Part shown: piece after piece, positions 9,241 to 17,414 of the stretch
Layout of the letters: every line of letters starts with the position of its first letter
How positions within the stretch are numbered: the stretch's first letter is position 1
Source: a virus
Lineage: Duplodnaviria > Heunggongvirae > Uroviricota > Caudoviricetes
IMG/VR virus record: IMGVR_UViG_3300031992_000025
Coordinates: 1 to 33,931 of that record
Length of the DNA stretch: 33,931 nt
Direction: 5' to 3' (one strand)
Program-made: the position numbers and the translations under genes
The notes under the pieces: generated by a model
Databases searched by the model: none
What the model was told of the DNA's origin: nothing
What the model saw: the letters and a program-made list of their open reading frames with translations, nothing else

Positions 9241-9660
9241 CGTAGACATGAAAAGCTTCACTAGAAAAATTCAGAACAGTCTTCATCTAGCTACAGCTTC
9301 ACTGAACATCGGAACAGACTCTTCTAAATATCGGATTTAGCTTTACTAGAAATTGACATATCTGAATCAGATCGCTGTATCCGGATTTTCGTCCACTAGA
9401 AATACAGACGAAGATGTTGTAGCATACAGTAACACAAATGTTACATACGGTAACTTTTTACTAGAGCACAGTAACATACAGATGACGATGCTGCTATATA
9501 CAGATGTGCCGCACTAGAATACAGATGAATCTGCGATCTGATACAGATGAATACAGCTTAATATACACTAGCATCGGATACAGTATCTGGTAGCTTTTAC
9601 ACTAGCATCGGCAGCTATATCTGAGCTTTCGGCAGCTTATAATATACTAGAAATAGGCCT
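9241..9660. repeat. Non-coding motif island C (motif inverted relative to A and B)
   Basis: YACTAG at 9259, 9344, 9394, 9459, 9512, 9566, 9600, 9645; ATACAG 8 times; CACTAGAATACAGAT (9512-9526) is the exact reverse complement of 3431-3445; ACACTAGCATCGG at 9565 and 9599. Confidence 0.8.
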
Positions 9661-9684
9661 CTGTGACATGCTTCATTTTTGATA

Positions 9685-9765
9685 CCCCTTTTGGCTAGGG
9701 GGGCCCTTTCAAACCTAAAGGGAGCATTTGTAGGGGAGCCAAAAAATTTTCCGCGCGCACACGTA
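9685..9765. other. GC-rich junction element (candidate genome terminus, packaging site or terminal-repeat boundary)
   Basis: CCCCT..AGGGG and CCCTTT..AAAGGG inverted repeats, a G6 run, AAAAAATTTT, CCGCGCGCACACG; sits at the compositional boundary. The function is inferred. Confidence 0.35.
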
Positions 9766-9906
9766 ATAATAAAAAGAAAGAGTAGCAAAACGTGTAGCAA
9801 ATAAAAATTTCACACGAAGGCCACAATATAAGAAGCAAAGAGTTGCAGTTCGTGTAGCAATTAACAAGATTTTACTGTATAATATAGTATAGAGGTAAAA
9901 TAAAGT

Positions 9907-10146
9907 ATGACAATTAAAGATTATTTACAAGTTCATAGTGGTGAAGATATTAGTTCAATTGGTGTCTACAAGACTAATACTACTCATGATATTATTGATG
10001 CTCATGTTAAAACTGTTGATTTAGTTAAATATGAAGATTTAGAAATTGACCATGTTCATCTTTGGATTTATGATGAGTCCGATAAAGATATTTACGGCAA
10101 TCCTATTAATCTAAAACATATTAGAGCCTGCATTTATGTTAAATAA
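9907..10146 (+). CDS. Hypothetical protein, 79 aa
   Basis: CTGTATAAT and GAGGT RBS. Confidence 0.8.
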   Translation: MTIKDYLQVHSGEDISSIGVYKTNTTHDIIDAHVKTVDLVKYEDLEIDHVHLWIYDESDKDIYGNPINLKHIRACIYVK

Positions 10147-10148
10147 TT

Positions 10149-10436
10149 ATGAAAAAATATATCTTAAATATCTATAATAAAATACTTATTCGTAGAAAAG
10201 CAACTCAAGCAGATGTAGACCTTGGTATTTGGTATAATACTCAGGGCTACCATCCTTGTACAAATATAAAGCTAAATGAAGAATTTTATGCTTTTGTATT
10301 TTGGAGTCATCCGATTACTAATGTATTTTCTGAAAAAGACTATTTATTAAAAGACAGTATTAAAAAAGAAACTAATAATATACTTAAATATCTATATTGG
10401 CGAATTAAGTACAGAAAAGAAAATAGAAGGAGATAA
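10149..10436 (+). CDS. Hypothetical basic protein, 95 aa
   Basis: Operon spacing. Confidence 0.75.
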   Translation: MKKYILNIYNKILIRRKATQADVDLGIWYNTQGYHPCTNIKLNEEFYAFVFWSHPITNVFSEKDYLLKDSIKKETNNILKYLYWRIKYRKENRRR

Positions 10437-10439
10437 TTT

Positions 10440-10958
10440 ATGATTAAAGATAAAATTTTAAAAAATGCTGCTGAAGCCGGTGTTGACCTATCTATATTCC
10501 ATGAGCCAGATAGAAAATGGAAGAATTATTATATAGAAGATGAAGAGCATGATTTATTATTTCTTGTTCCATCTTATTTATTCTACGGCGTAATTGTACT
10601 TGATTTATCGTTAGCAAGAAATCTTACATTTAAAACTGGGGACGGAGCTATTCATCGTCTTAGAGACTATGCTTGGAATATGTCTTCTAATAATAGAAAA
10701 AATAGCTACCCCAAAACTGCTGTGGTTGATAGAAGCATTAAATGTGGAAGAAAGACTATTTTACTTAGTTCATTAATTGCTGACCGAACAATTATTAATG
10801 TTGGCTCTGAGGACCGTTTAGCAGTCGATAATATAAATGGTAATAAACTTGACAACCGTCTCTGTAACTTGCGTTATGGTTCAATCAAAGAAAATAATGA
10901 TAATAGATATGAGCAAAAGGTTCCAGAAATAAAATACCCCTTTAAAACTTGGTTTTAA
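10440..10958 (+). CDS. HNH-endonuclease-like protein, probably catalytically inactive, 172 aa
   Basis: VDNINGNKLDNRLCNLR...EN..N matches the HNH motif VDHINGNKLDNR with His replaced by Asn. Confidence 0.6.
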   Translation: MIKDKILKNAAEAGVDLSIFHEPDRKWKNYYIEDEEHDLLFLVPSYLFYGVIVLDLSLARNLTFKTGDGAIHRLRDYAWNMSSNNRKNSYPKTAVVDRSIKCGRKTILLSSLIADRTIINVGSEDRLAVDNINGNKLDNRLCNLRYGSIKENNDNRYEQKVPEIKYPFKTWF

Positions 10959-11018
10959 GTAGGTTATTAAAGTAATGTGACTGAAACTGTATAATATATA
11001 AGAATAGGAGAATAAAAT

Positions 11019-11228
11019 ATGGCAAAAAAATCATTAAGCTCAAAAGTAGAGCATTGTCCAGCATGTGGTATTCTTAAAAGTAAAAATAAACAATGTAAAC
11101 ACTGTGGTTATGGTGCGGCCTCTCAAACTGCTGAACAATCACCTTGTGAAATTAGCCTAAAGCTTACTGGCTATGATATGAATACATATGATTGTGTTAT
11201 TATTAATGGAGTCAAGTTTTACAAATAA
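11019..11228 (+). CDS. Small Zn-ribbon protein, 69 aa
   Basis: CPACG...CKHCG; AGGAG RBS. Confidence 0.75.
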   Translation: MAKKSLSSKVEHCPACGILKSKNKQCKHCGYGAASQTAEQSPCEISLKLTGYDMNTYDCVIINGVKFYK

Positions 11229-11231
11229 GTT

Positions 11232-11459
11232 ATGTCAGAAAAAGAAAAGTTAAAATTTTACGATTTAATTAAGCGCTGTCAAGACACTACTCCAGATGGC
11301 AGTAAGCTAATTAAACTTGCTAGTTATGATAGGACTGGTGAAAGACTTATGGAAACTGGTGAGCCATTACATTTAGACTATATTCTTTTTGGTAAAGAAG
11401 CTTGTTTCTGTATTAGCTCAGAAGAAAGGGCAGTCTTGGAGAAATTTTTAAGTGAGTAA
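11232..11459 (+). CDS. Hypothetical protein, 75 aa
   Basis: Operon spacing. Confidence 0.75.
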   Translation: MSEKEKLKFYDLIKRCQDTTPDGSKLIKLASYDRTGERLMETGEPLHLDYILFGKEACFCISSEERAVLEKFLSE

Positions 11460-11655
11460 AGAAGTATATAATAATTTAATTGTTATCATTAATATTATCT
11501 TTGTGCTTGTTTGGGCTGGTCTAGCAATTCATATGTTTCACAGCCACCCAGAAGATATAGTAGAAGGTGTATTATTTACAATTGCTGCAATTGGTCAAAC
11601 AGCTGCATTAGGGCTTGGACTATGTAAACTATTTAATGATAGGGTGGACAGTTAG
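11452..11655 (+). CDS. Small two-TM membrane protein, 67 aa
   Basis: GTG start with GGAG RBS; two hydrophobic stretches. Confidence 0.7.
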   Translation: MSKEVYNNLIVIINIIFVLVWAGLAIHMFHSHPEDIVEGVLFTIAAIGQTAALGLGLCKLFNDRVDS

Positions 11656-11709
11656 TAAATATAACATAAATAAGTTGTATAATATTATATATCGAAAGGA
11701 AATTTCACT

Positions 11710-11955
11710 ATGGTTAAAGAATTTGATATTGAAAGAGTGTTTGATGATACCATTAAAAATTTAAGAGATGAAATTTTAACAGCTAATGCGCGAGTTGCTC
11801 TTATTCAAGAATTTAAACAATTTTTTGCAACAAATAATTTAAAGGTTTATCAAGAAGTTTCTGACACTCCTGCAGAAGACATTACAAAAGGAGCTGTTGA
11901 AGCAGTTACAGAAACTGAAGGTAAGAAACCAGCAACAAAAGCAGCTGTAAAATAA
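11710..11955 (+). CDS. Hypothetical protein, 81 aa
   Basis: TTGTATAAT and AAGGA RBS. Confidence 0.8.
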   Translation: MVKEFDIERVFDDTIKNLRDEILTANARVALIQEFKQFFATNNLKVYQEVSDTPAEDITKGAVEAVTETEGKKPATKAAVK

Positions 11956-12041
11956 GCAGTTATATTAATTACTAAAAAGTGCCTGTAAATCTGGCATTTT
12001 TATTTTATGTATTGTATATTATATATGAGGAAAATTTAAAA

Positions 12042-12878
12042 ATGGTAGAAAAAGTGAACCCATCCCATCCTGATAAAGTAGCAGACAGAATTGCTGGTGC
12101 TTTAGTAGACTTGGCATATTCATTACAAGAAAATCCAAAAGTTGCCATCGAAGTTTTAATTGGCCATGGTATTTGTCATATTATTAATGAAACATCAGTT
12201 AGTTTAAGTTCAATGAAAGTTGCTGAGATTGTTTCAAGAATAGCCGGTCAAAGCATTCAAGTTGACTATAAAGAAGTTCCACAAGATGTGCAGTTAGCTA
12301 ATAATCAAAAAGAAGAAATTAGATGTGGCGATAATGGTATATTCTTAGGTGTTCCAATTACTCCTGAACAAAGACAAATGATTGTGGTTACTAGAGACTT
12401 ATATAAAAAATGGCCAAGTGATGGAAAATATATTATAGACGATGGCAAAATTATTGTCTGTCAAAGTAATGCTAAATCTAAAGCTGTTGAAAAATTTCTT
12501 AAAAAACAATATGGAAGCAGTTTATCAGCATATGTAATAAACCCACTTGGGGATTGGACCGGTGGGACAGATGTAGATACTGGTGCTACCAATAGAAAAC
12601 TTGGAAGCGATATGTTTGACTCCATTACTGGTGGCGGTCTTCATGGCAAAGACCTTAGCAAGGGAGACGTTAGTATTAATATCTATGCTTGGTTAAAAGC
12701 TCAAACATTAAATAGGAGAGTTAAAATATCTTGTGCTATTGGAGACATAGAAGTTGATGGCAGACCATATAAAGAAATCGTAGAAATTGCTAGAGATTAT
12801 ATTCAAAAAATTGGTGGTTTTGAAAAATTTGCTGAATATGGACTATGTGATACAAAAGGCATTACCGTATTTAGATAA
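12042..12878 (+). CDS. metK: Short phage-type S-adenosylmethionine synthetase, 278 aa
   Basis: SHPDKVADRI (cf. GHPDK), CGDNGI (cf. GDQG), GGTDVDTGATNRK, GGGLHGKDLSKGD; start at ATG 12042 after GAGG. Confidence 0.8.
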   Translation: MVEKVNPSHPDKVADRIAGALVDLAYSLQENPKVAIEVLIGHGICHIINETSVSLSSMKVAEIVSRIAGQSIQVDYKEVPQDVQLANNQKEEIRCGDNGIFLGVPITPEQRQMIVVTRDLYKKWPSDGKYIIDDGKIIVCQSNAKSKAVEKFLKKQYGSSLSAYVINPLGDWTGGTDVDTGATNRKLGSDMFDSITGGGLHGKDLSKGDVSINIYAWLKAQTLNRRVKISCAIGDIEVDGRPYKEIVEIARDYIQKIGGFEKFAEYGLCDTKGITVFR

Positions 12879-12926
12879 AACAGTTAAAAAAGAAAGGTAA
12901 TCAGTAATGGTTATCTTTTTATTTTG

Positions 12927-12936
12927 TGCTAAATTA
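12927..12936 (+). promoter_or_regulatory. TGCTAAATTA motif, candidate late promoter
   Basis: Intergenic, after a terminator, upstream of the Gly-rich gene; identical 10-mer at 17806 and 21316. Confidence 0.5.
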
Positions 12937-12971
12937 TACGAGATATTAATTTAATAGAGTAGGTTTTTATA

Positions 12972-14090
12972 ATGGGTAAATATAATAGGAATACAATTAA
13001 TGTAGATAATTTATTAATAAACAGCAGTACTTATTGATATGATCAAAGAAATCATACAGGATTTTACCCACTTTCTTCAATTACACCTTGTAGTAGTAAT
13101 GGTTGAGAGCAATATGATTATCTTAAAAATTATGGTTTCAATGGTCCAACTGATGAAAATAATAAATTCATAAAGCAGGGCTATGTTCCAACATTTGTAG
13201 GTGAAAATACAACCTCAGGTTCAGGTGCTTGATTTGAAACTGGTGCAAATGATACGTATAATTTAACAGTAGCAAGTGATGGATCAAAGATAAGCGTATA
13301 TGCTAATTATACTGGTATAACTACGTCTTTTGTTGCATCAAGATTTAGAGACGGTGTTTTACCAAAAAGAATGATTGTAGTTTTACAGGGTGCAGGTGGT
13401 CGCGGTGGATGGACCTTTTGGAATCAATCTTCTCAGCAATGGCGTAATGCTGGTGGTGGAGGATCTGGTGCTTTTTGTGCAGTAGTTTTACGAACTGAAC
13501 CAGGAGACTCCTATAAAATTCAAGTTGGTGAAGGCGGTAAGGCAAACGATTCTGGAAATTCTTGGCTAAAAACTAGTGATGGTACTTTATTAATTACTGC
13601 TGGGCGCGGTAGTGGTGGTAGTACTTCACAGGCTGGCGGTGCTGGTGGCGCATATACATTACATAGTGGAGAAGGCGTTTATTGGTGGCATTTGCCTAGT
13701 AAACGAGTTGGGCCAGATGGCACAATTACTTATGATGATTCATGTTATAACGGAATAGCTGGTGGAGATCCAGGTAAAAGTGGCGGTAATAGAGGGACTG
13801 TAACAACATATACTAGTTTTTCAACTGATATTAAATGGCAGTCAAAAACATGAACATTTTGAAATTTTGGTGGCACTTCAGCAGGCAGTAAGGGGTTTGC
13901 TACTGGCGGTGGCGCTGCCTCTTTCTTCGGTAATGGTGGTAATGGCGGCACAATTAATGGTGGCCGGCAGACGCCAGGAAGTCCAGGTGGCTATGGTGCT
14001 GGCGGCGGCGGCGGCGGTAACGGCCAGCAATCTGGCGGTACTGCCGGCGGTGGTCGTGGAGGCAATGGTTGATTTGCTTTATATTATTAA
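12972..14090 (+). CDS. Glycine-rich tail-fibre-type protein, 372 aa in code 4 (6 TGA = Trp)
   Basis: One frame from ATG 12972 to TAA 14088, broken only by TGA at 13035, 13104, 13230, 13851, 13860, 14070; GAGG/GGGGSG repeats and a GGNGWFALYY end typical of Gly-rich fibre domains. Confidence 0.8.
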
Positions 14091-14141
14091 TAATAAATAA
14101 AAAATAGAGTCTTTTTATTAACTATTATTGTATAATATAAT

Positions 14142-14363
14142 ATGAAAAATGAAAATGAGCTAGACCAAGAAATAAAAGAAGAATATTTAGATTTAATTAA
14201 AAAGTGTTCAAGTGCTACCTCTGGCATTGCTTTATCTAATAGAGAAATGGCCATGTTATACCATTGGATTAGACATGTTAATGATCCTATGTATTCTTTT
14301 GTTCCAGAAGAGTATAAAAAAGAATTACCTAATTATTTAGGGGGAATAAATAATGGCAAATAG
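14142..14363 (+). CDS. Hypothetical protein, 73 aa
   Basis: Follows TTGTATAAT. Confidence 0.75.
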   Translation: MKNENELDQEIKEEYLDLIKKCSSATSGIALSNREMAMLYHWIRHVNDPMYSFVPEEYKKELPNYLGGINNGK

Positions 14364-14610
14364 AAGCACCTATGAAAAAGATTTAGCAGCATTAATTAAA
14401 AACCAAACAGAGTTAATTAAACAAGAAGTGTTACTTGAATTAATTACAATTGCCTGTAACTGTGATGACTTTAATCAATTTAAAGGAGTCTTGTATGCAA
14501 GAGCACTTGGTATGATGAAACAGTTTGAAGACCAAGGAATGCTTAAAAAAGGCACGACTGAGCGAGTTGCTAAAGGCGGTAAATTTGAAGAAGAAAAGAC
14601 TGATAAGTAA
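14353..14610 (+). CDS. Hypothetical protein, 85 aa
   Basis: GGGGG RBS-like run; overlaps the previous gene. Confidence 0.8.
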   Translation: MANRSTYEKDLAALIKNQTELIKQEVLLELITIACNCDDFNQFKGVLYARALGMMKQFEDQGMLKKGTTERVAKGGKFEEEKTDK

Positions 14611-14625
14611 TCAGTCTTTTTATTT
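14596..14625 (+). terminator. Intrinsic terminator
   Basis: Perfect 9-bp AAGACTGAT-AAGTA-ATCAGTCTT followed by a T run. Confidence 0.8.
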
Positions 14626-14646
14626 AAACACTGTATAATATATTAT

Positions 14647-14895
14647 ATGGAAAGTAAATATTTAGATTTTATTAAAGAAATAGTACCAAATAGAAAAACA
14701 CCACTTGTTCATGTGATGAATAAGTCAACCACATATTTAGGAACAATTTGTTTTTATCCGGCATGGCGTAAGTTTGTATTTAACCCAGAATCTGATATAG
14801 TTTTTGATACTAGTTGTTTATCAGATATTATTGCTGAAATAAATGAACTTCAGCATGAATGGAAGGAGAGTTTAAAAAATGAGCTCAAAAGATAG
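14647..14895 (+). CDS. Hypothetical phage protein, 82 aa
   Basis: Follows CTGTATAAT. Confidence 0.8.
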   Translation: MESKYLDFIKEIVPNRKTPLVHVMNKSTTYLGTICFYPAWRKFVFNPESDIVFDTSCLSDIIAEINELQHEWKESLKNELKR

Positions 14896-15256
14896 ACTAA
14901 ATAGATATTTTGAATTATCGCATAGACAGTCTCAGTTAAATGTTGATGAGTATCATGAGATGCTTCATTTAGAAGAAGCACTTGTTGATGATATTGACCA
15001 TTTAGACCTACCAGATGACTTGCGAGAGCTTCAACAAAAGTTTATTAATGCATCTATTGAATTGATGGCCGGTCCATATGCAATTATGGATACTGGGTCT
15101 GGTTGGGATGCAATGTATACTTTACTAGAGAGCGCATTACCAAAATTAAGCGGTAGAGAGAGAATGGCTATTGCAGATTTAATTGGCGGCAGAATTGCTG
15201 TTGGTGGCCCCTATCCAAGTAGAAGAGAGTATATTAAGCAATTTAGGAAGAAATAA
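14879..15256 (+). CDS. Hypothetical protein, 125 aa
   Basis: AGGAG RBS, overlap with the previous gene. Confidence 0.8.
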   Translation: MSSKDRLNRYFELSHRQSQLNVDEYHEMLHLEEALVDDIDHLDLPDDLRELQQKFINASIELMAGPYAIMDTGSGWDAMYTLLESALPKLSGRERMAIADLIGGRIAVGGPYPSRREYIKQFRKK

Positions 15257-15258
15257 TT

Positions 15259-15894
15259 ATGATTAGATTAAAAGATTGAGACAGATTATATGTGCATACT
15301 TTTGATTGGGTTTTAAGAAGACTAGAGCCAGACTGCTTAGAAAGTTATAAAGATACTGAGCAAGATTGGCTTGATGCAATTAAGGCTTTTAATAAACTTC
15401 AATTAGAATTATTTAAAAAATATGCACTTACCTATAAATCAGGTGATAGCTATAAAAGAAAATGCATCAAAGGTATTGAATTAACTGCAGACCAATTATT
15501 TGAATTATTTCATAGACATTTAAATCAATATACTAATCATACAGTTAGATATTTTATTTTTCATTGGTGGAATGATTTAAGACATTATATAGAAGGGGCA
15601 TTGCCTCCATTAGATTGTCCATGGGAATACTATAAGAAAGCTACTGAAGAAGAAATTAAACAAGCAGAGAAAGATTTTGGCAGTGTTACTGAAGAAAGAC
15701 ATGGAGAAAAAGTTACTCATCATCACACATTCAAAAGTGCAACTGTATTAGAGTATCGAGGTAATAGATTTATTATTGATACTGAATGGGGAAGTGCCTG
15801 GACCAAAGATAAAAATGGAAATGTAAGAAGTTTTCAATTAGATTGGGACTGGTGGTACCCAATTGATGAATACTTAGATTTATATAATATTTAA
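15259..15894 (+). CDS. Hypothetical protein, 211 aa in code 4 (TGA at codon 7)
   Basis: ATG 15259 (2 nt after the previous stop, AGGAAG RBS) is in frame with GTG 15292; the only interruption is TGA 15277. Confidence 0.75.
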
Positions 15895-15903
15895 GGAGAG
15901 ATT

Positions 15904-16530
15904 ATGGACGTTACAAAAACAATGAAGTTACCACTAAAAGATGTTTATCAACTACTTATCAGTGAAATGCGTTATGGGTATAGACGTAATAATCATTTAA
16001 TGCCAAGTTGTGGCTATGACAAGGTAAAAACTTTTGTCCCGCAAATGTATAAAGTTGATAAGGATTATGCGGTCTATACAATGAAACAACTTTGTGAAGA
16101 ATGCATTACGGACCAATTAGTAGCTAATTTCTATGATGGTGAAGATGATGAAAATAACAATAGAAAAGAAGCTATTGAGTTTGTCAAATGGAGTTTAAAA
16201 TGGATTCATGAACATGAAACAGATAAAAGATATGAAAGCAGTATCTGGCTTCCATATAATCATGATTTATTTTTAGATAACTTAGCAAAAGATGATGAAC
16301 CAAGATATTTAGTTTATGAGCTTCGTGGTAAAAGTAAAAGAAAGAAATTAATTACAACTGAACCAGTTAGTGAAAAAGAATATATCAACATAATTTTTAA
16401 TGGTATTGCTGAAGGCACTTATCGCAAAGAATCACATAAAGTTACAGAAAAATATGGTGATAATAGAAGAAGCTATACGTATCATATTGTATCGCCAATT
16501 GAAAAGGACTTTTTTGTAAAACATATTTAA
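15904..16530 (+). CDS. Hypothetical protein, 208 aa
   Basis: AAGGAG RBS. Confidence 0.85.
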   Translation: MDVTKTMKLPLKDVYQLLISEMRYGYRRNNHLMPSCGYDKVKTFVPQMYKVDKDYAVYTMKQLCEECITDQLVANFYDGEDDENNNRKEAIEFVKWSLKWIHEHETDKRYESSIWLPYNHDLFLDNLAKDDEPRYLVYELRGKSKRKKLITTEPVSEKEYINIIFNGIAEGTYRKESHKVTEKYGDNRRSYTYHIVSPIEKDFFVKHI

Positions 16531-16557
16531 GTTTCATTGTATAATATAATATAATAT

Positions 16558-16746
16558 ATGACAAAGATTTTATGTTATGATATTCACTATAAGAATGGTG
16601 TTAAAGGGCCATCTGAGGTTCAAATTTGGGTTAGTTTACCAGCTAATTGGCTATTTGATTATACTCCAGCAAAAATTACAGTAAAAAAAGTATTAGAAGT
16701 TGAAGTTAAACTAGAGGTTGACCAATTTGAATGGCGACCAATTTAA
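16558..16746 (+). CDS. Hypothetical protein, 62 aa
   Basis: Follows TTGTATAAT. Confidence 0.7.
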   Translation: MTKILCYDIHYKNGVKGPSEVQIWVSLPANWLFDYTPAKITVKKVLEVEVKLEVDQFEWRPI

Positions 16747-16768
16747 TAAATAGGAGGAATATATTTTA

Positions 16769-16936
16769 ATGTATTATGCATGTTTAAGAGTTAAGCCTGA
16801 AAGTAAAGCTCAAACAGGCGCTCAAAAAATTATTAAAAAGGCATTTACAACTCGTGATGAGGCAAGAGCTTATTTATCAGCTATTCAAAATGATGAAAAG
16901 CAAAGCATTTTATATGATCAATTCTGGACAGAATAA
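16769..16936 (+). CDS. Small hypothetical protein, 55 aa
   Basis: AGGAGG RBS; TAATG overlap with the methyltransferase. Confidence 0.75.
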   Translation: MYYACLRVKPESKAQTGAQKIIKKAFTTRDEARAYLSAIQNDEKQSILYDQFWTE

Positions 16937-17412
16937 TGAGTCAAAATATTGGTGATAAAGTTTATACTCCAGAAAATATTGCTAAAAAAATTATCGAAGA
17001 ATTTGATTTAGAAGGCAAAGTTTTAGACCCGTTTAGAGGCAAAGGCGCTTTCTATGATAGTCTTCCAGAAACAGTTAGCAAAGAGTGGTGTGAATTAGAC
17101 GATGGTAAAGATTTTTTTCAATTTAATGAAAGAGTTGACTGAATTATTTCAAACCCACCGTATTCAATATTTAATGATGTTTTAAAGCACAGTTTTGAAC
17201 TTTGTAATAATATTGTTTATTTAATTCCAATTAATAAATTAACGAGCTCTTTTACGAGAATTAAGCAGCTTTCTGAATGGGGCGGAATTCCAAAAATAAT
17301 TCTAATGTCACCAAAGAAAATTGGTTTCCCATTTGGATTTGCTGTTGGAGCCGTTTATTTTAAAAAAGGCTATAAAGGTTTGACGGAATTTAAAATTTTA
17401 GAGGAAAAATAA
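16936..17412 (+). CDS. Small orphan amino (N6A/N4C) DNA methyltransferase, 158 aa in code 4
   Basis: VYTPE, motif I LDPFRGKGAF, then VD-[TGA 17140]-IISNPPY motif IV; the frame continues to TAA 17410. Confidence 0.8.
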
Positions 17413-17414
17413 TT

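Larger units (their letters stand above)
53..9241 (+). promoter_or_regulatory. 13 sigma70/sigmaA-consensus early promoters, TTTAC(A/T)-N17-TATAAT with TGn extended -10
   Basis: -35 boxes start at 53, 854, 3725, 4253, 4793, 5317, 5954, 7087, 7409, 7862, 8354, 8799 and 9213 (the last has TATAAC). All have a 17-nt spacer and TG at the extended -10 position; 12 precede an RBS and ORF. Confidence 0.9.

Noticed and set aside
3330-9660. Islands A-C as CRISPR arrays
   Set aside because: No constant repeat of 20 nt or more with regular unique spacers; only short motifs at irregular intervals; no cas genes
13345-14100. ORFs 13345-13545(-), 13745-13951(-) and 13867-14100(+)
   Set aside because: Shadow frames of the Gly-rich gene, which is open throughout in code 4
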